DNA of 64,000 bases, taken from Azolla caroliniana (lineage: Eukaryota; Plantae; Polypodiophyta). The stretch is taken from positions 11,966,001-12,030,000 of the forward strand of contig JBHGNT010000013.1 of NCBI GenBank assembly GCA_043228905.1. Reading direction: 5' to 3'. Of this stretch, positions 51,916-64,000 are shown piece by piece; position 1 is the first letter of the stretch; each line of letters opens with the position of its first letter. Below the pieces are notes generated by a model, which ran no database searches, was not told the DNA's origin, and worked only from the letters and a program-made list of their open reading frames with translations. Position numbers and translations under genes: made by a program.

Positions 51916-54900
51916 ATGGAGCGGCAATCCCCCTCAAACCCTAAAACTCTCGAGAAGATCCACGTCGCTATACGTGTGAGACCCCTGAGTTCTCGCGAGA
52001 TCTCCCTCAGAGATTCGTCTGCGTGGGATTGTGTGGATGATCGAACCATCGCCCAACGACCCCTCCCTCCTCCTACTCCTCCTCATCCTTCCTCTACCCC
52101 TGAAAGATCCCCTCATCATCATAATCATCAGAAAAAATCTTACTCCTTTGGTATGTTCTCTCGAATCTTCTTAATGTCTTCTATGCAAACACACCTTATG
52201 TATGGATTGAATTTGTGGAAATGCTTGTTGGAAACAAACCTTATGTATGGATGAAATGGATTGAATTTTGTGGAAATGTTTGCAAGATTTAATCTTAATC
52301 GCCCATGATTAGGTGGGTAACTGAGATAGATTATATAAATATTCCGTGTGTAACTGAGTAGATTTATTTAGCCTAGCGCACATACAAATGTGACCTGGTT
52401 CTAAGCTTTTAACCTCTTCTAGGATCATGCCATGTTAGCGTCATCTTTTTAAAACAAGAAAACCCTGTCTTGTGATTTCAAGAAAACACTCAAGTTGCAT
52501 TGATGTATCTTCATCAAGAATCAAGGATGTCTCCATCCACATCCCATACATGTGAAAGATGTCTCCATTGAAACATCGTTCTTGCATACATGCAACCATG
52601 TCTCCATCCATCTATGTAAAAGGATGTTTTCACTTGTGCGACCATGTTCTGGGCCAGGAATACAATCATTTACGCATGTGATGGCATATCTCCATCCATC
52701 AAGACACCATATTTGAACATGTGCTACCATGTCTACATCAAAACATCATCTTTTGCACAAACGTGTAATGATATCTTCTCATGAAATACTCCGCAACCCT
52801 AAACCCACAAACAGATTATGCCTGAACATGTGAAACCATGAAACTATATCATTGCACATCTACAAGTATATGTGTTGATACCTTCAAGACTTTATTTATC
52901 ATTGCACATGGAAACTATACATCCGTTCAAACATCGTGGAATGCACATGGCAAGGACGTCTACATCCATTTAGATTTCATCCTTAATACTCTACGATTGA
53001 TTGAACCCTTAATATTATGTATGAGCTCATAACAGAACTCATCCATATTCTATATATGGAAAGCACTTCATAGGAATAAGACTGGAAATGACATTGGGTG
53101 TTGGAGATGCTCCCTCATAAATGAAATTTCAGTGGTATAATTTCACCATAAATAAGCCCATATTCTTCCTTGTTTTGTGCACAGATCGCGTGTTCGGACC
53201 AGAATCTCTTACACAGCAAGTCTATGAGCAAGCAGCTAAAGATATTGCTCTCTCTACGCTTTCTGGAGTGAATGGTAATACCTAAAACATTTCAATCTTG
53301 ATTATATTCTACCTGTTCAAATAACTCAACTCCACCTGTTATGTAATCTTTTTAACAGCAACAATATTTGCATATGGGCAAACCAGCAGTGGAAAGACTT
53401 TCACAATGAGAGGCATCACTGAGAACACAATCCATGATATCTACTCCTACATAGAAAAGGTTATAAGGAAAAATGCTAGATATGAAATACCTTTCAGAGA
53501 AGTACTGGATATTAAGAGAAATAAAATGAAGGGTTAAACTTTGCAATCCGTAATGTGATTTTGATTAGAGATGTTCTCATATGGTCTTGCAGCACAACGA
53601 AAGGAACTTTGTAATAAAGATATCAGCATTGGAGATTTATAACGAGGTTGTAAAAGATCTCCTTAACACAGACAGTACCAGTGGTCCACTCAGGCTTATG
53701 GATGATCCAGAGGTATGTATATGCTATCTTTGTGGAAACCAACACTAACCTAATGCCTATGAGTCATCGTCTTTTTTTATTATGCATCAAAGAAAACCTG
53801 TTTGTCTAATATTGATTGCTGATACTCACAGAAAGGAACTATCGTGGAGAAGTTGGTTGAAGATATTATAAGAGATGCCAAACACTTCAAACAGATTCTC
53901 TCAACTGTTGAAGGTTTGGATTCTTTCTGATTTCTGTAAGGTTCTCTTTTTCTTTCTACTTACAGTGCAAACAATGACCAATTATCAATACAGCTCAAAG
54001 GCAAGTAGGAGAAACCATGCTTAATGAGACAAGCTCAAGGTCTCATCAAATTATCCGAGTTGTGAGTTTTTGAAACCATATGTGAATCACATAGTGAACC
54101 TTGTTGAAATTAGAAATCTGAATGAACGATTACTTGTGTAGACTGTGGAGAGCTTCCCAAAAGTAGCCGATGGGGGTTTAGTGAAGTCACTCATTGCTAC
54201 TCTGGTAAGTTTGGTTGGAGTTTTCAACTAACTTACAAAATAAGGTAGAGAGGATGATTGTTAACTGCTCTTATGATTTTATACAGAACCTTGTAGATCT
54301 AGCTGGTAGCGAGCGTGCATCTCAAACACACTCTGAGGGAGCCAGATTAAAAGAAGGCTGTCACATCAACAGGAGCTTGTTGACATTGACCACTATCATC
54401 AGAAAATTAAGGTGAATTGCAATTTGCAAATCATGCAATAAGAATTGAGGGTTAAAAAGCAAAATATTTCAATGTTTAGTCTGTTTGAAATATAGTGGAC
54501 CTGGACGAGAAAAGGCGGCTCATCTTCCTTATCGTGACTCAAAGCTCACTCGTATCTTGCAAAACTCACTCGGAGGAAACGCTCGCACAGCAATCATTTG
54601 CACTATGAGTCCTGCTCAGACACATTTAGAGCAGTCACGGAATACACTATTCTTTGCAACCCAGGCTAAGGAGGTCACAAATACTGCCCAAGTCAATATG
54701 GTAAACTAAGGATACCCTTTTTATTTTCGTGGTGTGTTTCACAGTAGGACAATATAGAGTGGATTTTTTTGATCATGAGATTTTATTTATGCAGGTGGTA
54801 TCTGACAAGGATATGGTAAAATTGCTCCAGAAAGAGGTCAGCCGATTAGAGGCCGAGCTTCGTGTCACAGAGTCTTCAGAAGTCAAAGTTTTATTAAAGC

Positions 54901-57193
54901 AAAAAGATGCTGAGATCCAACAGGTAGCTGTTCCTTTGCAACTTTGGAAGATATTTACCATTATATTGGTTCGGTTGAGTAATCTTACATAATACATCTT
55001 TTTACAACTAATGCAGCTCCGAGATGAGGTGAAAGAGCTGAACTACCGACGTGATCTTGCACAGGCCGAGCTTGACAAGCTGCGGAAGAGGGTTGGAGAG
55101 CAGGAAAAGACAAAGAACATGGTATGTGATCATGTGTGTCTATGTTCCTTGTTGAACTTATTCAATCTCTGATACTGAAATTGTATCATCATCTTTTCCA
55201 GGGAACAGACTTCTTGCCATCACCTCCTATATTATCACCACGAGCAAAGACTGACAAGCTCTCTGCCTCTATGGTGGATCTGAAAGCAATGAAGCCCAGG
55301 CAGTCTCTGGTCAGACAATCCACAAGAGCTTCGATGATGCTAATACATGAGATCCGTAAGCTAGAGCAAATGCAACATGAACTCGGTGAGGATGCTAATA
55401 CTGCTCTAGAAGTTCTTCAGAAAGAAGCAGAATGTTTAAGGTTGGCTCAATCTGATATGAATCACGACACAGCTACCACTATCTCCAAGCTTCAAGAAGA
55501 GATAAATGAGTTAAAAGTAGGAGAAAGAGAAACAAAGGTGGGGAAACAACTTTTCCCGGCGATTCGAGAGAGCCATACTCTTCGCCAAGAGATCATGAGG
55601 CTTCAAGAGGCGGGTAGTGCTGAGGAATGTAATGCTCAGACCACCATAGCCACATTAGAAGAGAAATTGGAGTGCGTTCAGAAGTCGATAGAGAATATGA
55701 TGCTAGGATCTGCTCCTTCCACAGCAGTGGAAGCTGATTCTCCTAATAATGTTAAGGCTATAAATCGTCAAAGAAAATCTTTGACACCACGTAGAAGCTT
55801 GGCCTATGAAAACAATGAAAACAACCCACCACAGAACCAACCACAGAGTAATAACCATGATCATGCCGGAAAGAATGCTGCAACCCCCAAGAAGAACAAC
55901 TCAGTGGACATTAGGAAAATGCAGAGCATGTTTAAGACAGCTGCAGAGGAGAACATCAGAAGCATCAGAGCTTATGTCACAGAATTGAAAGAAAGAGTGG
56001 CCAAGCTTCAGTATCAGAAGCAATTGTTGGTTTGCCAGGTAATCTGCCCATCTTCCACTAGGCCATTGATGCTTCAGATTACTCCTCAAACCCTAAAATC
56101 TAAACTAAGAACCCTAAACCCTCGATATGGTAGTGTAAACCCTATTTTAATGTAATTTGATTGTCTATGTGAAGGTTCTTGAACTGGAGGCCAACGTAGT
56201 TGATGATGATGAAGTGGTAATGGATGAAGATGCCTTCGAGGAGTCAAGCCTACATATCCAAAAGGTGCCCGAGAACTGGCAGCTACTGTTTCAAAAGGAA
56301 AGGATGCAGATTGCACAGCTGTGGGATCTTTGCTATGTTTCCATTATCCATAGGTCTCAATTCTATCTCATGTTCAATGGTGACCCTGCTGATCAAGTGT
56401 ACATGGAGGTGGAGCTTCGAAGGCTAGCTTGGTTGCAGGAGCATTTTGACGCTGAAACAACTGCAAGGAACCCATATGGAGTTATATCTATGGATGAAGA
56501 TGGAGAATCTAGTGTAGCAGCCAGGTTGTTTTTTATCTTTGAATCTAGTCTGTTTTATTAGCTTAGTAATTAACTCTTAGCATGTGTTTAGTGTAATCTG
56601 ATTCATGAACCAATACATATTGCTAAGTCCACCAATATACTGTATTGGTCTATTGGGTAATTTCTTGATGAATCTGATTCATGAACCAACTAAACAATAG
56701 ACCAGATTGATCGATACATGTTGCAAAGTCAACCAATCCTTTATAGTTGCTTGCTCAGCCTTATAAGATGGTAGTGTAAAATAGTAGTAGCAAACATGTT
56801 TGCACAACATGATTGTGACCATTTCTTCTTTATGTTCCATCTATTAACAGTTATCGCACATTGAAGAAGGAGAGAGAGCAGATTGCTAAGAGAATGAGGA
56901 CGAGCTTGAGCGAGGAAGAGAGAGAAGAGGTATATCGACGATGGGGCATTCCTATTTGCGCAAAGCAGAGGAAATTGCAGGTTGCTTACAAGGTGTGGAC
57001 TGATCCCCATGATGAAGATCACATCCGAGACAGCGCGGAACTTGTAGCGAAAGTGATGGGCTTCTGGAACCCGGGTAAAGAAGCCTCGAAAGAGCTTTTT
57101 GAGCTCGCCTACGCACCCCCCAGCACAAAGAAGCCATGGCTTCATGTGGGTTGGAATGCACTTCTTCATAACCTCAACAATCTGAACATCTGA
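51916..57193 (+). CDS. NACK1: Kinesin-7 NACK1/HINKEL-type, copy 2 (same 14-exon structure, +9351)
   Basis: ORF translations are identical to copy 1. Confidence 0.93.
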
Positions 57194-58969
57194 CAATCTG
57201 TTCTTTGATATATATATATATACATTGGAATCGTGAGACACAACTCCTTAATTGGAGACAATGAAGAATTCTTCTTCCTTTTCCTTTCTCTTCCTTTCAT
57301 TCACACATCATGTTTTTGGCTGTGAATCTCAAGTATTGATTGGATTCTTGGGCAATAACTAAGTTGTTTTGCAAGAAAATTTGCAAAAGAAAAAAGGGCT
57401 GGCTAGCAACAGAGTTTGTATGTATCTATGTATGTACACATTTGATAATTGCATTCTTTTCTTCCTTCATTCAGGTCTTTCAACTGCTCAAGATTCCAAA
57501 GGTCTTTGTGTAGTCAAATTCCATTAGTGACTAGTTAATAACTACTGAGTTTTGAATAAAAAGATTGCATTCTCCTAGTAAGTAAGTCTTGTCTGACTAT
57601 TGAAACAGTGTTTTGTGTGGTCAATTTAATTTATGACTAGTTAATGACTATTGAGTTTTGAATATTGAAATAGATTGCATTCTCACGGATTGCCACACAA
57701 AAGGGCTCGGACTATTCAAAAAGTCTTTGTGTGGCCAGTCAAGTCAATTCAATAAGACTTGTTAAATAATTACATGTCTGAGAGTTGAATATTCAAATAC
57801 TGCATTCTCACTACTCTTTGGGGTCTTGGGTCAACAAACTTTTTTTATATTCAAATCAATGGCATTGAGTCTTATCAAGCATGGATCTTAAGAGTCTAGT
57901 GAAGAGTCTTTAGATCGTAGTAAAGTCAATGAAGGTGGTCATTCCAATACATAGTGAGTAGACATAACATTGAGTCTCAAGCTTTAATATTTTGAAGCAT
58001 TTTGGCCAACCAACACCCATCTTCCCTTTCATTCATCTTTCCTCTTAACAACGAAACATTTTTTAAACAAATAGTTGTTCGTCATTTCCATCTATAATAT
58101 CATGGATTTTCTTAGAAGTCAGAGACACATGTTGCCATCTAGTAGTCTTATCATGGGTAGGCCCAATTCTACAGGTGTTAACATAATAAAGGCAATGGTT
58201 TCATGTTGTGCTCAAATAATGTAGCAACTCGTTTAAATGCCACATACATTTTGTGTACCATGTGTAGGAGTACTAAAGAGCGGGTAGATCCAAGCACCAT
58301 AATTAGAGATGTGTGCTATCAAGGTGCTTTCAATCCATAAGCTTTACGCATACCTTGTATATCCATTTGGAGCACAAAACATCTCGTTGATATCGAGCCT
58401 TCAAACTTTCATCAATTTGTTCTTAATTCCCCAAACATGGCAATTATGTGACCACAATGGATCCTCTTATATCTTACTTACACTTCTTTCTACAACGTTG
58501 CACTCTTCTAAAATGGCGTACGCATCTTCATTATCAATGAGAAAACAATCAAACCATGTAACTAAAACCCCCATTAGTATCATCGACACTCAATCAAAGT
58601 ATCAGAGGAAATATACTCGAGCTGAAAACTAATTATTTTACACCCAAATGGAATTGTTATAATGTACTACCTTTGAATATATCAACTTGATGTGCATGCG
58701 ACATTGTTTAAATAATCAAATTTATGATATGGCCTTGTTCCATGTGCAAATTGTAATGTTGATTGCAATCCGTAGATGTTATCATATCTTACACCAACAT
58801 CAATAGCCATGGCCCATGAGTTACTATGATGTATGTTCCATGACAGAAACAATTCAATGCGTAGGTCAATAAAATTTCAAAGTAGTATTTCTGCAAGCAT
58901 AGTTTATAATTTATTTGGCACTAAGTGGTCTATCCTCATACGACATTCACATGTATTATCATGGCATAC

Positions 58970-59108
58970 AATGATATTTTTATGATTTACAAACATTTGT
59001 TGATGCTATACAATCATTGTTTGTATGTGTTTTGCAATAATGATATTTTTATGATTTACAAACATTTGTTGATGCTATACAATCATTGTTTGTATGTGTT
59101 TTGCAATA
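58970..59108. repeat. Perfect about 69-bp tandem duplication
   Basis: AATGATATTTTTATGATTTACAAAC...GTGTTTTGCAAT occurs twice in a row. Confidence 0.85.
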
Positions 59109-60369
59109 CAAAAGATTTACGACATGACCTTTAAGGCCATCCATCCATCAGTTGAACCCACAAATGAAATTTCACTAGAGGTAGACAATTAAGCAAAAAC
59201 CAATGTGGATGTTAGTACATCACATTTCTATTTAACACATAACAAGTTTTGACAAGTTTCTACAAATGAACATGCAACAATTGGCTAAACCTTTCAAGGA
59301 ACTCCGAGTTTGATTTTGATGATTGTGGCAATCCCCTAAATCAACTATCACCAATTACTAGTGATGCAACCAATCTATTCCGAGTCAAATCACAAGCTTT
59401 TATGGAAGACGAAAATATGGTACACTACTCTTTGACTTGCTTTTCTCAACAAATTGTGTCAAAAGTCTTGAAGAGGATGTGTGGAAGCCCATGAATAGTA
59501 AGCCAATGAAATAAACAGACCCTAAACCCTAAACCGTATTGTCTCATAGTCGTTTATATGGCAATCAATTAGCAAACATTTCAGAAATGCAGTTAGTTGC
59601 AAACACACATTACCCAATGCAGAACAGTTAGATGGACATATTAGCAATAACAAAATAGGGTTGAATGGACTACAGTCTACAGAAAAGGTTGCACTAGCAT
59701 ACAAATTTATCGAGTGACAAGCCCGATGGATCTTCATTCCAAACATCGGCCCAATATATACGCGCAAACTAACCCAATATACCATGGGACCAAACCAATG
59801 GAGCCTTATTAGCCTCTCGGACAGACCTAGCAATCTCAAAGAATTAAAAAGATACATAAAAACATAGAAAAGCAAAAAGCCAGAAAGCAAACGCAATCTA
59901 AGGGTTCACAAACTTGAAAGACAGAAAGGGAGAACGCATGACAGAGAGAAGGACGTGGTGTGTTATTTCCGGTTTTTAGGACAAAAAGCAGAAAGCTTTT
60001 ACAAAGATTTGAGGTTTCGCACGAAGAAGAAGAAGAAGATCTAGATGGCTTTAATTTACAATGATGAATTAAAATGATTGGAACAGAGTTTGTGGGCAGC
60101 CCATATAGTAATTGATTCACAGTAATCAAATACAAACGAACAAAAGATATAAGAGTATATCAAAGTGAGCTATTGGGGGAGATCAATGCTCAACAATGGC
60201 TTAAGCCGTCACCATTTTCTTCAAGATTTGGACCTATATGCTTTCTCTGCTCTATTAGGGTTTCGGAGTAGTTTCTTTCATTGGGGCCAATGGACGGACC
60301 GCCTGCCCAGCCATGGCATTCGAACCTCACTAAACCTTACACCGTAAACCCTAAACCCTAAAAACCCAG

Positions 60370-60950
60370 TCAGCAGAACACGGCGTACTTGAGGGAGAGA
60401 GGGTACATGAAGGAATTGGAGTAGGTAAAGCGGACAATCGCCTCGGCCGGTAGCAAGCCGCCGGCATTCACGACACAGTCGTCGTAGGCAACACGCCGGA
60501 AAACACGAGGGTTGATTGTCCCGGCTGACGCAAACCAACCACAGCTCACGTGCACGTCTCGTACACACCCCGACATGCACGTGTTCACGATCTGCACCAC
60601 GAACCTCGGGATTCCGGCCGAATTCACCTCATCCCGGCTCTGCGAGATGCTTATATCCCGGCTCGTACATCCATTGTACCTTGACAATAATTTCGATCTC
60701 TTCGTCTGCGACATCCTGTTATCAGGCATCGTTGATTTTGTGTCGTAGTTAGCGCTGTGGGTTCTTAATCCTCGGTCATCTCTGCTAATTGACCTGTTAA
60801 TCACCTCTCCTTGCCCTGACAGTGATTCTAGATCGCCGCTTCGGATTAATCTTGGTCGGCCTGTCCCGAGCTCACCCGCAAATCCCTCCCTTCCACCTCT
60901 TAATCCTTCGGCTATCTCTGTTAATCTCCCTGCACCACTCCCCCTTAATC
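60370..60950 (-). CDS. TPD1: Second TPD1-like domain on a phase-1 terminal exon (probable alternative isoform B sharing exon 1 at 62643-62547)
   Basis: CTSRDISISQ..GIPRFVVQIVNTCMSGCVRDVHVSCGWFASAGTINPRVFRRVAYDDCVVNAGG..FTYSNSFMYPL..C*. Preceded by branch-like CTAAT and acceptor ctacag|GA at 60951/60950. No signal peptide in the ORF. Confidence 0.85.
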
Positions 60951-61353
60951 CTGTAGTTGCAGAATTAATTGCAGACAGATTAGAAAACATGATTTTCAGA
61001 GCCTTTCCTTCATTCTTTCTTCTTCTCGTATAGCATATATTCCCAATCTAATCCAAACAAAACTAGTATGAACATAGACTATATGTAGCAGTCAGTAGTC
61101 GTTCATGGAATCGACTTGAGTCGAATCAAAACGCACACTCGAGATGGAATCTGTGTGTCTGGAACACATTTGAATCGAAACAAAAAAAAAGAAAGCCCCA
61201 ATCAAACTGATGGCAGGGTAATGAGATCTGGCTGCAGAATGGCACGAATTACTCATAGCTGGTCCGGCATGGGATCCTTAAGCTACATTGGATTGGGCAA
61301 CAAACAGAAAAGGACCCCATTTTTTGTTTTTCTTCGGATTAAAACAGACAGAG

Positions 61354-62643
61354 TTAGTGCTGATGATCGGCACAATCGGTGGACAGAGGCGGCGGAGGTG
61401 GGGGGGCAACGGCGGCGACGGTTAGAGGGTACTGGAAGGAATTAGAGTACTGGAAAGTGATGCCTTCGCCGGCGCGAATGGGGGCGCCGTTATTGACCAG
61501 GCAATCATTGTACTTGATCCGCCGGAAGACCCTGGGATTGACGAGCTTGGCCGACGCGAACCATCCACACGACACGTGGACATCCGACACGGCCGCGGCG
61601 GCGGCGGCGCACGAATGGCGGCGGCGGCGGCGGTTATTGTTGCTGTTACCGCACATGTTCAGGATCTGGACGCTAAATGTCGGGATCCCACTAGGCATTG
61701 GGCTCGATCTCCCCTGCAGTATGATTATATCGGCCTTTGAACAATACACAAATTTTGGGCTCTCTGCAAAATCATAATCCGAGTTGGTTTCCGATCACAT
61801 TCACTCGGATTCATATACAACACATATATATATATATACACACACACAGAAAACAAATTTGATTCCCCAACTGAGATTGATTAGGGCACGCATGCATCCA
61901 TGAAACTGGATGATTTTGATTCCGATCCTACTTTACGTTTCGATACCAGTAAAATTTCGTGAATTATAGTATTATTAGGGTCTGAGTAGGAAGAAGAAGA
62001 GATTCGAGCGATACCTAGAAGTATCTTCCGATGAGGTCCCATCGAAGAGATTGCAGTGGATCGCGATCGTGATGACGGTGATTGGTATCCGTTATCATCT
62101 GCAGTGATCCGTCCCATCTCTCTCTGATTGCCGTGTTCGATAGAAGTAGCAGACCCTGTCATCGATGAGCAAAAAGAGGCAGTTAACAGATCAAGCTCGC
62201 CATTGATATAACCAGATGAAATGGTTCCTCTTATGATCGCATCAAAGTATGTATAGAAGGCTTCAATGAGGCTGCAAGTATAGTAGGCTTCAATGAATCG
62301 CTCAGTGTAGCTAAGATTAAGAAGTTAATTGCCCTAGCTCTAAAAACATATTAATTAACTGCTATGGCGAAATATTGTGTAGGGTTTCCGATAATCTTGA
62401 ATGCGAAAATCTTCCTTAGGAATCGCATAACAAAGGGCACGCAGGTTAACAGCAAAGCAATAAAGAAAGATGAATCAAACTGTGAAATAGACTGTGATTT
62501 TCTGCATGATTTTTACAATAATAGTAAGCTCTCGCTCATTCATTACCTGCACCATGCTGAGGAAAGGCAAGGAGCCAAGCGAGGATGTAAATTCTCATTA
62601 ACATGGTGGGATAAAGAAGGTGATTCGACACCATGATGGGCAT
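61354..62643 (-). CDS. TPD1: TPD1-like secreted cysteine-rich peptide, isoform A (about 215 aa): exons 62643-62547, 62155-62015, 61763-61354
   Basis: Exon 1 MPIMVSNHLLYPTMLMRIYILAWLLAFPQHGA looks like a signal peptide and ends GCAG|gtaatg. Exon 2 ends PHRKILL-G|gtatcg (cf. HRKMLL in TPD1). Exon 3 reads CSKADIIILQG..PSGIPTFSVQILNMC..HVSCGWFASAKLVNPRVFRR..YNDCLVNNG..FQYSNSFQYPL. All introns are phase 1. Confidence 0.85.
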
Positions 62644-63119
62644 TCGGTGGCTTGATTGAGTATGTACGTATGGATTAATTAGCGGAGTCCACCTCAGAGC
62701 AATGAAATGGTAATCTACTGCCCTCTATTAACGCCTGTGAGAAATTATCATAGAAATTGAAAAACATGACCCCAAGAAAGTGAAGATGGAACGAAAAAAA
62801 AAGGTGCTAATGAAAGGAAGGGCCAGCGGGGTGAATGGAAAGGCTGTGATGATTGTTTTATTCTGATTGTTTTATCTGATGACTTAGGGTGTTGGGAGGG
62901 GGAGGTAAAAAGAAAGTAGTAGGACTCGGCAGTGGGAAGGTAAGGTAAGGTAAAGTTAGTTAGCAGTGGGGGTGATTGATTGATTAGCAGGGAATGGGAG
63001 ATGGATTAGGGAGTGCTGAGAGGTGATAATTAGGGTGGGTTGGGCTAGCTAAGCTGATGGGGGTTTAGGGTTTAATTAGGGTTTATCTTTCTCTCTTTGA
63101 TGCTCACTGAAAGATGGAG

Positions 63120-63182
63120 CAAGAAAGAAAGAAAGAAAGAAAGAAAGGGATAGAAGAAGCAGACTCAGAAGAGCAGAGCAGA

Positions 63183-63219
<37 letters not shown>

Positions 63220-63301
63220 CTGCAGACGCAGAGGAGAGGTGAGGAGAGGAGGTGATGATGATGACGATGATTTATTAGACTCATTAGTGGTAGCCGCCCC
63301 A

Positions 63302-63334
<33 letters not shown>

Positions 63335-63421
63335 GTCTCTCTCTAGTCTCTCTCTCTGTGTCTCTCTGCTTCTTCTGTGTTCTCCACCATTAATTTGCTC
63401 TTAAAAGTCCTCTCTTCACAC

Positions 63422-63469
<48 letters not shown>

Positions 63470-63580
63470 AGTCTCTGTGTCTTGCTATGTATGTATGTAT
63501 GTATGTATGTATGTATGTATGTATGTGTATGTATGTGTATGTATATGCATTATATGTATGTATGTATGTATGTATGTATA
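63120..63580. repeat. Microsatellite cluster (GAAA)n, (GA)n, (CT)n, (TATG)n upstream of the TPD1-like gene; possible GAGA/BPC sites
   Basis: Simple repeats visible directly at 63121-63146, 63187-63218, 63305-63333, 63426-63467 and 63487-63580. Confidence 0.8.
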
Positions 63581-64000
63581 TAGATATTATTTACTGCTGC
63601 CATCTTTAGAGTATTAAATGATATGATATGCCTCAGGTTTTTATTTTTACATTACTACACATAACACTCACACACACACACACTTCTTCTTCTTCTTCTT
63701 CTAACTACTACAGTATGTCTCATGCATGAGTCATGAGCTAGTTATACATACATCATACATACATATATATGTATACTATATTTATATATATGTACACATA
63801 TATATGACAACACACTTAACATCCTTGGTATGTATGCTAACTAACTATATCGCCCATCCATGCATGCACACATCCTCGTGATGTCATCATCCCTCTACCC
63901 ATGCATGCGTACATCTTCATGATGTCATCCCTCTACCCATGCACACATTCTCATGATGTCATCCATGCACACACACACACACACCATCCTCTTCCCTAAG

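Larger units (their letters stand above)
48162..57508. repeat. Tandem segmental duplication, copy 2 (starts with a third copy of the Bianca LTR, 48162-48430)
   Basis: Junction ...GGTCTTTG-GAAC-TGTTATCATT. Copy 2 ends at GGTCTTTG|TGTAGTC (57508). Confidence 0.97.

Noticed and set aside
57530-57960. Possible degenerate MITE downstream of kinesin copy 2
   Set aside because: Internal repeats are visible, but I could not define TIRs or a TSD.
60951-60990. ATG at 60990 as the start of a stand-alone single-exon TPD1 gene
   Set aside because: MFSNLSAINSATT is not a signal peptide and overlaps a branch point and 3' splice site, so it is more likely intron. Not fully excluded.

Overview
Eukaryotic plant nuclear DNA, most likely from a non-seed vascular plant such as a fern (inferred from the TE lineages). 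Bases 1-39,079 are a nest of retroelements. Two Ty3/gypsy chromoviruses lie on the minus strand; the second is complete, with 455-bp LTRs and TSD CGGTT. A decayed Bianca-like Ty1/copia (13,153-39,079, TSD TCTTT) hosts a solo LTR, three further copia elements and an RTEX-like LINE. Two related TGTCG...ACA solo-LTR-like inserts both sit in ACGT with a 4-bp duplication. Bases 38,811-57,508 are an apparently identical 9,351-bp tandem duplication that starts at the Bianca 3' LTR and carries a complete 14-exon NACK1/HINKEL-type kinesin-7 gene with a perfect MSA promoter element. Bases 60,370-62,643 (minus) hold a TPD1-like locus in which one signal-peptide exon appears to be shared by two different TPD1 ligand domains on alternative terminal exons. 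This is the best candidate for an undescribed system. All coordinates were read by eye and no searches were run.
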